DNA of 64,000 bases from an uncultured delta proteobacterium (GTDB lineage Bacteria > Myxococcota_A > Polyangia > Palsa-1104): positions 32,001 through 96,000 of the forward strand of contig CAWAWS010000033.1 in NCBI GenBank assembly GCA_963785725.1, in the 5' to 3' direction. Positions 42,009 through 50,821 of the stretch are shown here, piece after piece; the first letter of the stretch is position 1, and each line of letters begins with the position of its first letter. The notes under the pieces are model-generated. The model was not told the DNA's origin, did no database searches, and was given only the letters and a program-made list of their open reading frames with translations. The translations under genes were made by a program, and so were the position numbers.

Positions 42009-43775
42009 ATGTCGGCACGCTCACTCACGCTCTTTGACGAGGGAACGGCCACGTTTGCAAAGCTGGCGACGGCGCTGGAGCTCGGCGACGAACCGTCGGC
42101 GCTCTTCGCTTCGCTGATTTCGCCGCTGGCGGAGCTGTCGACGCAGGAGGCGCCGGCGTGGCCCTCCGATATCAGCGACGATCACACGCCCTTCGAGCTG
42201 TCGGTGGCGCTAAGCGATCGCGGCGCCGAGGCGCGCTGCCTGTTCGAGGCGCGCGGCCTGACGCCCGACGTCGCCGCGCGCGCGACCGCGGCGCGCGAGC
42301 TGAACCAGCGGCTGGCGACGCGGCACGCGCTCGATCTATCGCGCCTCGACACCGTCGCCGACCTGTTCTTGCCGGCCAATCCGCACGGCAGCTGGGCCAT
42401 GTGGCACGCCGTCGCCTTTCGGCCGCAGCGCGTCCCCGAGTTTCGCGTCTATCTCAACCCGCACGCGCGCGGTCCCGGTCGCGCCGGCGCCGTGGTCGAA
42501 GAGGCGCTGCTGCGGCTGGGCTTCTCGGGCGCGTTCCGCACGATCTTGACGCACGCGCTGCGTCGCGGCCCCGAGCTCGACGATCTGCGCTACTTCTCGC
42601 TCGATCTGACGCCGACCGAGGCGCGCGTCAAAGTGTACGTCTTTCACGAAGATGCCGACGCCGAGCTGCTCGAAGAGGCGGCGCGCGGCGCGCACAATTA
42701 CATGCCGGGTGAAGTGCCCGACTTTTGCCGCGCCATGGCCGGCGCCGGCCCGTGGCGCGCGCGGCCGATCGCGACCTGTTACGCCTTCACCGCCGCCGAT
42801 CGCACGCGGCCGATGACCTCGACCGTGCACGTGCCGATTCGCGCCTACGCGCCCGACGACCGCATCGCCACCAAGCGGCTCATCTCGTATGCCGACCATC
42901 GCGGCGTGGGCGCCGCCGACCTGCAGCGGTCGATCGACGCCGTCGCGCGCCGCCCGCTCGCCGCCGGCTCGGGCCTCGTCACCTACGCGTCCATGCGCGC
43001 CGAAGGCGCCAAGCCGCGGCTGACCGCGTATCTGGCCGTCGAATGCTACGCGACCGACCCGCCGCGCCCGGAGGCGATCGCGCCGCGCAAACAGCCGCCC
43101 CTGCCGGTGGCGGAAGCCATCGTGCGCCGCCGCGAAGCCGAGCCGTTGACGGACCACCCGTTCTTCCAGCGCATGCAGCGGGAGACGGTCGATCTCGGAC
43201 ATATGTGGCGGCTGTTCACCAACATTCGCTCCGGGCTGTCGCAGCATTTTCCGCGGCGGCTGGCGGCCGTCGTCGCCCGCGTGACCGACGAGCGCATTCG
43301 CTCGCTGTTGGCCAAGCAGCTGGACGAAGAGCTGGGCGAGGGCGATTATACCAAGGCCCATTTGGTGCTCTTCGACGACATGCTGGCCGGCCTCAGCGCT
43401 TACAAGCCGGCGCACGTGGACGCGCTCGACTTCGAGGCCGGTCGCGTGCTCGAAGCGCAGCTGGAAGTGCCCTATGCCGACGCCGATGGTCATGTCGGCG
43501 TGGGCGCGGCGATGGTCATCGAGGTCTTCGGCAAGCAGGTCGATCGCTTCGTGGCCGATCAATTTCGCCGCCAGCGCGAGGTCGCGCCCGACACGCTGAC
43601 GTGGCTGCACTTGCACGAGAACCTCGAGCTCGAGCACGCCGAGGAGTCGATCGATCTGGCGCGGCTGGTGCCCGCGACGCCGGACGCGCAGGCCGCCGTC
43701 AGCCGCGGCGCGCGCGCCGTGTTCGACGCCGGCTGGCTCTTCTTCGACCACATGTATCGCGCGTGCTGGCGATGA
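42009..43775 (+). CDS. Tryptophan/indole dimethylallyltransferase (DMATS-type) fused to a heme-oxygenase-like iron-redox (PqqC/CADD-like) domain
   Basis: N-part 'PSDISDDHTPFELSV', 'FRVYLNP', 'YFSLDL..RVKVY', 'RLTAYL'; C-part 'HPFFQR', 'QLDEELGEG..AHLVLF', 'IE', 'WLHLHENLELEHAEES'. Confidence 0.8.
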   Translation: MSARSLTLFDEGTATFAKLATALELGDEPSALFASLISPLAELSTQEAPAWPSDISDDHTPFELSVALSDRGAEARCLFEARGLTPDVAARATAARELNQRLATRHALDLSRLDTVADLFLPANPHGSWAMWHAVAFRPQRVPEFRVYLNPHARGPGRAGAVVEEALLRLGFSGAFRTILTHALRRGPELDDLRYFSLDLTPTEARVKVYVFHEDADAELLEEAARGAHNYMPGEVPDFCRAMAGAGPWRARPIATCYAFTAADRTRPMTSTVHVPIRAYAPDDRIATKRLISYADHRGVGAADLQRSIDAVARRPLAAGSGLVTYASMRAEGAKPRLTAYLAVECYATDPPRPEAIAPRKQPPLPVAEAIVRRREAEPLTDHPFFQRMQRETVDLGHMWRLFTNIRSGLSQHFPRRLAAVVARVTDERIRSLLAKQLDEELGEGDYTKAHLVLFDDMLAGLSAYKPAHVDALDFEAGRVLEAQLEVPYADADGHVGVGAAMVIEVFGKQVDRFVADQFRRQREVAPDTLTWLHLHENLELEHAEESIDLARLVPATPDAQAAVSRGARAVFDAGWLFFDHMYRACWR

Positions 43776-44923
43776 CGTTGCCGCCCGAGGTCGCCGCGTG
43801 GCGCGCGCGCTTTCCGACGCTGAACGCGCGCACCTACTTCGCCACGCAGTGCCTGGGCCCGATTCCCGAAGCGGCCTTGCGCGACCTCGACGACTACCGC
43901 GACACGCTCCTTCTGCGTTCGCGCGGCTTGGGTGCCTGGATCGAGCGCATGGACGAGCTGCACGGCCTGTGCGAGCAGCTGCTCGGCGGCGCCGCCGGCT
44001 CGGTCGCGCTCATGCCGAGCGCGACGGCGGCGCACGGCGCGCTGGCGGCGGCGATTCGCCCGACCGAGCGGCGCAACCGCATCCTCGTCAGCTCGCTCGA
44101 CTTTCATTCGACGCGCTATCTGTGGCAGGCACAAAAAGAGCGTGGCTTCGTCGTGCGCGAGCTGACGTCGGAGGACGATGCGACGCTGCCGGCCGAGCGC
44201 GTCCTGCGCGAGCTCGACAATCGCGTCGCCATCGTCGCGCTGTCGCTGGTGTCGCCGCGCTCGGGCGCGCTGCTCGAGCTGGCGCCGATCTTGGCGGCGG
44301 CGCGCGCGTGCGGTGCCCGCGTCGTCGTCGACGCTTACCAAGCCGTCGGCGTCGTGCCCATCGACGTCGCCGCGCTCGGCGTCGACGCGCTCGTCGGCGG
44401 CACGCACAAGTGGCTGTGCGGCGGCGGCACCGGCCTCGCATTTTTGTACGTCGCGCCCGAGTGGTGCGCGACGCTGACGCCGGTCTATCCCGGCTGGCTG
44501 GCGCACCTCGAGCTCTTGGGGTTCGCCGATCGCTTCGTGCCGCACGTGGGCGCGCGCCGTTTTCAGCAGGGAACGCCGGCGCTGGAGCCGATTTACACGG
44601 CGCGCGCCGGCTTGCGGTTCGCGCTCGACGTCGGCGTCGCCACCATTCGCGCGCGCAATTTGCAGCTCGGCCGCCAGCTCATCGACGGCGTGACCGCGCT
44701 CGGCCTCAAGTTGCGCACGCCGCCCGCCGACGCCGCGCGCGGCGGCATGCTCGTCGTCGACGTCGCCGACGACAAAGGCGAGGCCATCGTCGAGCAGCTG
44801 GCCGAGCGCGGCATCGACATCGACCATCGCCCCGGCGCCGGCATCCGCATGTCGCCGCACTACTGCACGAGCGAAGACGAATGTAAGCAGCTCCTGTCCG
44901 CGCTCGCCGAAGTCGCGCCATGA
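43772..44923 (+). CDS. Aminotransferase class V PLP enzyme, kynureninase-like
   Basis: 'WRARFP', 'VVDAYQAVG', PLP lysine 'GGTHKWLCGG', 'PGW', 'RRFQQGTP', 'RGG', 'IRMSPHY'; ATGA overlap with the upstream gene. Confidence 0.85.
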   Translation: MTLPPEVAAWRARFPTLNARTYFATQCLGPIPEAALRDLDDYRDTLLLRSRGLGAWIERMDELHGLCEQLLGGAAGSVALMPSATAAHGALAAAIRPTERRNRILVSSLDFHSTRYLWQAQKERGFVVRELTSEDDATLPAERVLRELDNRVAIVALSLVSPRSGALLELAPILAAARACGARVVVDAYQAVGVVPIDVAALGVDALVGGTHKWLCGGGTGLAFLYVAPEWCATLTPVYPGWLAHLELLGFADRFVPHVGARRFQQGTPALEPIYTARAGLRFALDVGVATIRARNLQLGRQLIDGVTALGLKLRTPPADAARGGMLVVDVADDKGEAIVEQLAERGIDIDHRPGAGIRMSPHYCTSEDECKQLLSALAEVAP

Positions 44924-45981
44924 GCAATCCGATCGACTGGAGCGGCCGCGGCGGCGCCATCGACGAAGCCGGCCTCATGACGCTCAGCGCCGGCTTCGTC
45001 TTCTCCGCCGTCTTGCACGCCGCCGTCGAGGTGCAGCTGTTTGCTGCGCTGGGCGTCGAGCCGATCGCTGCCGTCGAGCTGGCCGAACGGCTCGGGCTCG
45101 CGCCGCGCGGCTTACAGCGCCTCCTCGACGCGCTGGCGCCGCTCGGCCTGGTCACGCGCCTCGACGACGACCGCTGGCAGGCCGCGCCCGTCGCCGCGCA
45201 GCTCTTGGCGCCGTCGTCGCCGTTCGCGCGCGTCTTGCGGCATCAGCAGCGTCACCTGTATCCGCTCTTTTTCCACCTCGGCGCCGCCGTGCGCACCGGC
45301 GCGCCGCAGCCGCTGCCCTGGCAAAGCGCCAATGGTGACGATCTGTATCATTCACTAGCGAATCAACCGCACGAGCTGGCGCTCTTTCTCGACGGCATGA
45401 ACGCCGCCAGCCGCGGCGTCGGCACGGCGATCGCCGCGCAAGCCGAGGTGGCGACGATGTCGCGCCTCATCGATCTGGGCGGCGGCGGCGGACAAGTCGC
45501 CATCGAGCTTTTGCAGGCCGCGCCGTCGCTGCGCGTCGACCTCGTCGACTTTCCGGGCGCCTGCGCCCACGCGCTCGCCGCCGCGCGTACGGCCGGCGTC
45601 GCCGATCGCCTGCGCGCGCTGCCTGGCGACCTCATGGGCACGCTGCCCGCGCTCCGTCCCGCCGACGCCGTGCTCTTCTCCGGCGTGCTCGGCGACTTCG
45701 ACGATTCCGCGCGCCAAATCCTGCTGTCGCGCGCGCACACGCTCTTGCACGCCGACGGTCGACTGCTCGTCTCCGAAACGCTCTTCGACGACGACGGCCG
45801 CGCGCCGCTCCTGCCGGCGCTGCTCGCGCTCAACATGCTGCTCGCGACGACGGGCGGCGACAACTTCACCTGCGCCGAGTGGCAGAGCATCCTCGCGCAG
45901 GGCGGCTTCGGCGACGTGCGCGTCTTTCGCAATCACGAGCGCGGCCTACGCGACCTCTTGATTGCGCGCCGAGCGCGCTGA
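44920..45981 (+). CDS. SAM-dependent O-methyltransferase (dimerisation domain plus class I MTase)
   Basis: 'LHAAVEVQLFAAL', 'LQRLLDALAPLGL', 'LIDLGGGGG', 'LPGDL', 'GRLLVSE'; ATGA overlap with the upstream gene. Confidence 0.88.
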   Translation: MSNPIDWSGRGGAIDEAGLMTLSAGFVFSAVLHAAVEVQLFAALGVEPIAAVELAERLGLAPRGLQRLLDALAPLGLVTRLDDDRWQAAPVAAQLLAPSSPFARVLRHQQRHLYPLFFHLGAAVRTGAPQPLPWQSANGDDLYHSLANQPHELALFLDGMNAASRGVGTAIAAQAEVATMSRLIDLGGGGGQVAIELLQAAPSLRVDLVDFPGACAHALAAARTAGVADRLRALPGDLMGTLPALRPADAVLFSGVLGDFDDSARQILLSRAHTLLHADGRLLVSETLFDDDGRAPLLPALLALNMLLATTGGDNFTCAEWQSILAQGGFGDVRVFRNHERGLRDLLIARRAR

Positions 45982-47238
45982 CGCCGACCGCTTGATGATC
46001 TCGGCCAAGACCAAGCCGAACAAGACGAACGTCGTAAACAACATGAACGCCGGCTGCAACGACGTGCGATTGGTCGTAATGACCGACATCGACGGCGTCG
46101 TCATATTCAAGTCCTTCAGCTGACTATCGAGGATCGACTTGAAGCCGACATAGGCCATGAAGATGGCGACGACCAAGACATCCGCCATCGACCACTTGCT
46201 CGTCTTGAACGCGATGAATTCGAGCGCCTTTCGCGGTTTGTCCCGCGCATTGCCGAGCAGGACGAGCTGCGTCGCAATCAGCTTCGAGATCGGCAACACG
46301 ATGCTGAACAGCAAGATCAGCGCGCCCACGAACAATGAATCGGGCGCATGATTGGCGAACAATGTATGCACCACCTGCATGATGCTCTTCGACTGATAGA
46401 ACAGCACTTGATCGTCGAAGCGCAGCGGCTCGCCCAACAAGACGAAGTCGACGCGCTGAATGCGGGCGTCGATCTCCATCATCGGCGACGCCAACCCCGC
46501 CAGCAGCGTCACCAACGCCAACAGCACCGACATGACGAAGAACGGCCTTTCGATCCAATCGAGGTCGCGGCGGTAATGAACGACGATCCATAAGCCGACG
46601 GTCAATATCAGGCTGACGACCAAGGCAAAGCTGTACCAATAGACGACGCGCTGTAATTCCTGAGCGAGCGCGGTCGTGCGTCGATTGAATTCACCGAGAT
46701 CCTTTACACCGAACTTCACGAAATAACGTCGTTGGTTATTCAGATCGATCGTCGTATCGCGCGTCTCGGCCGCATATTCGTTGAGCTTGCCGATCGCCAC
46801 CGTCTTCAATTCGCGGCGCGTCTCGGGTTTATTCGCCTCCGCGAGCGCGGCGTCGACCAGCAACGGAATCTTGTCGTGCGGGATCAACACACCAATCGCC
46901 GCCTTGCCGATCTTGCCTTTCACCGTCGGCGGCTGCATCTGCTCGACCTGCGCCAACAGCGCCGCCACTTCCTTCGCCAGCGCCGCGTGCAGCAGCTGCT
47001 GCTGTTTGTGCGTCAACGAGAAGTGCTCGATCTTGTGCGCCACTATCTTGCGTAAATGCTCGGTCCAGATATCGACCGACAACAGGCCATATTCGATGCT
47101 GTTCACTTCGCTATATTGCGCCTTCACGATCGCGCGCTCTTGCGAACGGCGATAAACCTGCACCGCGCACCCAATATCGATCGCGAACAACGCCGCCAAG
47201 CATGCGAGGATCGCGCCGCCGAACCAGCGTGACTTCAT
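45946..47238 (-). CDS. Paraquat-inducible protein A (PqiA)-like membrane protein
   Basis: Several TM helices; 'FSIVLPISKL' and 'KWSMADVLVVAIFMAY'. Confidence 0.75.
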   Translation of the reverse strand: MKSRWFGGAILACLAALFAIDIGCAVQVYRRSQERAIVKAQYSEVNSIEYGLLSVDIWTEHLRKIVAHKIEHFSLTHKQQQLLHAALAKEVAALLAQVEQMQPPTVKGKIGKAAIGVLIPHDKIPLLVDAALAEANKPETRRELKTVAIGKLNEYAAETRDTTIDLNNQRRYFVKFGVKDLGEFNRRTTALAQELQRVVYWYSFALVVSLILTVGLWIVVHYRRDLDWIERPFFVMSVLLALVTLLAGLASPMMEIDARIQRVDFVLLGEPLRFDDQVLFYQSKSIMQVVHTLFANHAPDSLFVGALILLFSIVLPISKLIATQLVLLGNARDKPRKALEFIAFKTSKWSMADVLVVAIFMAYVGFKSILDSQLKDLNMTTPSMSVITTNRTSLQPAFMLFTTFVLFGLVLAEIIKRSASARSARNQEVA

Positions 47239-47963
47239 CGTGAGGCGGGATCGTCGCTGAATTCATAGACGCTGAACGGCGCGTGCAAGACCGGCATGGC
47301 CACGTTGCGCACCGGAATTCCGCCCGGCGTAAGGCCGCGCTCCGTCCCTTTGTGCGCGTGCCCGTGAATCGCCAACTGCACATTGGTCTCGTCGATGACG
47401 TCGCTCAACAAATACGAGCCGAGAAACGGATAGAGCTCCAATTTCTCGCCGACCAGCGTGTCGCGCACCGGCGAATAATGCGTCAACGCCACGCGAATGT
47501 CGCAGCGCAGCCGTGCCAAGGATTCGCCGAGCGCGTCGGCCGCTTTGCGGGTGACGGCGATGAACGCCTTCATCGCGTCCTCGCCGAACGCGCTCGCCGA
47601 GGCGCCGCTGAAGCCGCCGCCGAAGCCTTTGGCGCCGGCGATTCCCACGCGCCGGCCGCGCACCTCAATCGTCGTCGACTCGCCTTCGAGCACGCAAATG
47701 CCGGCTCTCTCCATCATTCGCCGAATCGGGATTTGCTGCTCCAAGTTGTAATCGTGATTCCCCAAGATCGCGACCACGGGAACGCCGGCGCCTTTGAGCG
47801 GCGACACCAGCGCTTCCGCCTCTTGCAGCGCGCCGTGCTGGGTCAAATCGCCGGCGAAGAGCAAGAGGTCGGACTCGGCGGCGAGCCGCGCGCAGCCGGC
47901 CACCCACTCCGGCGACGGCCGATCGCCGGCGTGCACGTCGCCGATGGCGGCGATGCGAATCAT
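47235..47963 (-). CDS. Calcineurin-like metallophosphoesterase
   Basis: GDVH, GDLT, GNHD, THYSP, HGHAH. Confidence 0.9.
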   Translation of the reverse strand: MIRIAAIGDVHAGDRPSPEWVAGCARLAAESDLLLFAGDLTQHGALQEAEALVSPLKGAGVPVVAILGNHDYNLEQQIPIRRMMERAGICVLEGESTTIEVRGRRVGIAGAKGFGGGFSGASASAFGEDAMKAFIAVTRKAADALGESLARLRCDIRVALTHYSPVRDTLVGEKLELYPFLGSYLLSDVIDETNVQLAIHGHAHKGTERGLTPGGIPVRNVAMPVLHAPFSVYEFSDDPASR

Positions 47964-48217
47964 CGAATGCGCTCGTGCCGCGGCGGGTGCAGCGGCCGAT
48001 AAACGGTGAGCCGATTGACGATCGTCAAGTGCGGCGCATGCTCGCGCGCAATCTGCTCGGCGACGATCAGCAGCTCGTGCGACGCCAATTCGCCGTGCAA
48101 ATGCAGCACGTCGGCGACGATGCGCACTTCGATGTCGAGCACGTTGAGGCGCGGGTCATCGGCGAGCGCGTCGCGAATGTGGCTCGCCAAGTGCTCGGGA
48201 ACGGTAGAGCGGCCCAT
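47960..48217 (-). CDS. BON-domain protein
   Basis: 'IRDALADDPRL..DIEVRI..LHLHGEL...IVNRLTV'; overlaps the phosphoesterase start. Confidence 0.75.
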   Translation of the reverse strand: MGRSTVPEHLASHIRDALADDPRLNVLDIEVRIVADVLHLHGELASHELLIVAEQIAREHAPHLTIVNRLTVYRPLHPPRHERIR

Positions 48218-48281
48218 ACTGGGGATTTCGGCACGGAACCGCCGCGTGCAAGCCGCGCACGCGCGACCGTCGCCGCCGCTA

Positions 48282-48299
48282 AGTAAACAGCTGTTTACT
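48282..48299. promoter_or_regulatory. Perfect 18-bp palindrome AGTAAACAGCTGTTTACT
   Basis: AT-rich palindrome about 65 bp upstream of the BON-phosphoesterase-PqiA operon. Confidence 0.5.
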
Positions 48300-48345
48300 A
48301 GACCGCGTCGCCTGGCGCGTCATCCGTCGCGCGGCGCGGTGCTGC

Positions 48346-48726
48346 TTAGTTGGTGCTGCAGAGCTTGCGGAGACGGGTCACGAGCTCCTCGGCGGTCTCC
48401 GACTTCGAGATCCAGCCGTCGGCCTGCGTCTCGATGGCGAGCGCGCGCAGCCGCGATTCGTCGCACGCCGAGAACAGCACGAAGCGCGTGCCGGGCACGG
48501 CATAACGCCGCGCGATCGCCAGCAGCCGATCGCCCGACAGCGCCGGGATTTCCACGTCGAGCAGGACGACGTCGGGCGCGAACGAGCGCACCAAGTTGGA
48601 GACGCCGAACGAGCCCGCGCTCGTCGCCACGTCGAAGCCGAACGACTTGAGCTGCCGCGAAGTCAAATCGAGCTGCTGCTGATTGTCGTCGACGATCAAG
48701 ATGCGCAACTTCCGCTCACTAAGCAT
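48346..48726 (-). CDS. Single-domain response regulator
   Basis: 'ILIVDD', 'PDVVLLDVEIP', 'LFSA', 'ADGWISK'; start overlaps the kinase stop. Confidence 0.88.
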   Translation of the reverse strand: MLSERKLRILIVDDNQQQLDLTSRQLKSFGFDVATSAGSFGVSNLVRSFAPDVVLLDVEIPALSGDRLLAIARRYAVPGTRFVLFSACDESRLRALAIETQADGWISKSETAEELVTRLRKLCSTN

Positions 48727-50821
48727 GCATACGCCTTGTGGACAAATGCTTTCGAATGACGCCGAGCAGCTTATCACGCTCGACCGGCTTGGTTAGATAG
48801 TCGGAGCAGCCGGCGGCGCGCGCTTTTTGTTCGTCGTCGCGCCCAGCGTGCGCCGTTAGCGCGATGACGGGAGTGGTCCGAAAGCGTTCGTCTTGGCGAA
48901 TGCGTTTCGTAGTCTCCCATCCGTCCATTCGCGGCAATGAAAGATCCATCAGAATCAAATCGGGCAAATGGCGACGCGCACACTCGAGGCCGTGCTCGCC
49001 GTCTTCGGCCTCGACCAATTCGAACTCGCCGTAGAGATAACGCCGCACGATGTCGCGGTTCTGCGCCGAGTCCTCGACGTAGAGAATCTTGGGCGCGCGC
49101 GACGCTTCGACTGTGCGTCGTTCGACGACATGGCGCTTGGCCTCCTGCACCACTTCGTCCATCGCCATGCCGCCCTTTTGGATCACGCGCGCCATGCCTT
49201 CACGCAGCTGTCGCTCTTCGTCGCGCTCGAGCGTCTTGCCCGTCAACACGACGATCGGCGACATCACCTTCTCGAGCCGCAGTCGCCGTAAGACTTCGAA
49301 GCCGTCCATGCCCGGCATCACCAAGTCGAGGATGATCATCGCCGGCTGCGACAAGCGCGCGCGCAAGATGGCGTCTTCGCCGTCGCGCGCTTCGGTGGCC
49401 GTAAAGCCCACGTGGCGCAGCGAGCGCGCGACCAGCTCGCGCGTCGAGTCGTCATCGTCGACGACGAGCACCTCGCCGGCGCCGGGCGCGATGGCGCGGC
49501 GCACGACGTCGACGAGCCGCTCGGGCTCGATGGGCTTGATGAGGTATTCGCACGCGCCCAGCGAAAAGCCGCGCGCGCGCTCCTCTTCGACCGACAGAAT
49601 GATGATGGGCACGCCCGCGACTTCCGGGTCCGACTTGAGCTGCGCCAGCACGTCCCAGCCGTCGAGGCGCGGCAGGCGAATGTCGAGCAGCACCGCCGCC
49701 GGCTGCAGCTGTCGCGTCAGCCGCAGCGCCTCCACGCCGTCGCCGGCGATCGTCACCTGGAAGCCGTCGCTCTCGAGCGCGCTCTTGACCAGCTGCTGAA
49801 TCAGCGGATCGTCGTCGACGAGCAGCACCGGCGTCGCCGGCGTGAGCGTCGACGGCAGCTCGGCCAGCGGCGTGACCGCCAGCTTCGGCGTCGGCAGGCG
49901 CGCGTCGTTGAGCGCGTTGGGCAGCCGCAGCGTAAACCGCGAGCCGCGCCCGACGACGCTCTGCACGTCGACGCTGCCGCCCATCACCTTCGACAGCTCG
50001 CGCACGATCGCCAAGCCGAGCCCGGTGCCGCCGACTTTGCGCGTCGCCGAGCCGTCCACTTGGCGGAACTTCTCGAAGATGTGCGCCACTTGATCGGCCG
50101 GAATGCCGATGCCCGTGTCTTCGATGGTGATGCGTAGCGCGTCGACGTCGCCTTCGATCTCGGCGACGATCTCGCCCGACTCGGTGAACTTGGCCGCGTT
50201 CGACATCAAGTTGAGCAGGATCTGACGAATCTTGAGCGCGTCGGTGAACGCCCAGCGCGCCCGCTCGTCGACGCGCACCGACAGCTGCACGTCTTTGCCC
50301 TTCAGATACTCGCGCACGGTCATGGCGCACTCGTCGGCCAACGTCGCGATGTCGACGCGCTCACGCACGACTTCGACGCGCCCCGCCTCGATCTTCGACA
50401 GGTCGAGGATGTCGTTGATGAGCGACAACAAGGTCTTGGCGTTCGACTTGATGACGTTCAGATCGCGCCGGCCGTGCGGCGTCAAGCGCGCGCCCTCTTC
50501 GCGCGTCAAGAGGTCGGTGTAGCCGATGATGCCGTTGAGCGGCGTGCGAATCTCGTGCGAGAAGTTGGCCAGGAACTCCGACTTCAGCCGCGCCCCTTCT
50601 TCGATCTCGCGCGACTTCTCCTCTTCGATGCGCTTGGCGCGCGCCAGATCCGCGGCCAGGCGATCGAGGTCCTCGTTCTGCTGGCGAATGATCTCCATCT
50701 GCAGCGCGCGCTGCTGATAGCTGGCCACCGCGCGCGCCGCCAGCCGTCGCTGGCGCTCGACCTCCAAGCGCAGCGCCTCGTTCTCGGCCGCGAGCTTCTG
50801 CAGCTCCTCGTCGCTGCTCAC
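48719..50821 (-). CDS. Hybrid histidine kinase: coiled coil, HisKA, HATPase and three receiver domains; no sensor domain
   Basis: 'FLANFSHEIRTPLNGI', 'NLMSNAAKFT', 'DTGIGI', 'GGTGLGL'; receivers with LLDIRLP, ILDLVMP, LMDLSLP; GTGA overlap with the FIST gene. Confidence 0.92.
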   Translation of the reverse strand: MSSDEELQKLAAENEALRLEVERQRRLAARAVASYQQRALQMEIIRQQNEDLDRLAADLARAKRIEEEKSREIEEGARLKSEFLANFSHEIRTPLNGIIGYTDLLTREEGARLTPHGRRDLNVIKSNAKTLLSLINDILDLSKIEAGRVEVVRERVDIATLADECAMTVREYLKGKDVQLSVRVDERARWAFTDALKIRQILLNLMSNAAKFTESGEIVAEIEGDVDALRITIEDTGIGIPADQVAHIFEKFRQVDGSATRKVGGTGLGLAIVRELSKVMGGSVDVQSVVGRGSRFTLRLPNALNDARLPTPKLAVTPLAELPSTLTPATPVLLVDDDPLIQQLVKSALESDGFQVTIAGDGVEALRLTRQLQPAAVLLDIRLPRLDGWDVLAQLKSDPEVAGVPIIILSVEEERARGFSLGACEYLIKPIEPERLVDVVRRAIAPGAGEVLVVDDDDSTRELVARSLRHVGFTATEARDGEDAILRARLSQPAMIILDLVMPGMDGFEVLRRLRLEKVMSPIVVLTGKTLERDEERQLREGMARVIQKGGMAMDEVVQEAKRHVVERRTVEASRAPKILYVEDSAQNRDIVRRYLYGEFELVEAEDGEHGLECARRHLPDLILMDLSLPRMDGWETTKRIRQDERFRTTPVIALTAHAGRDDEQKARAAGCSDYLTKPVERDKLLGVIRKHLSTRRMHA

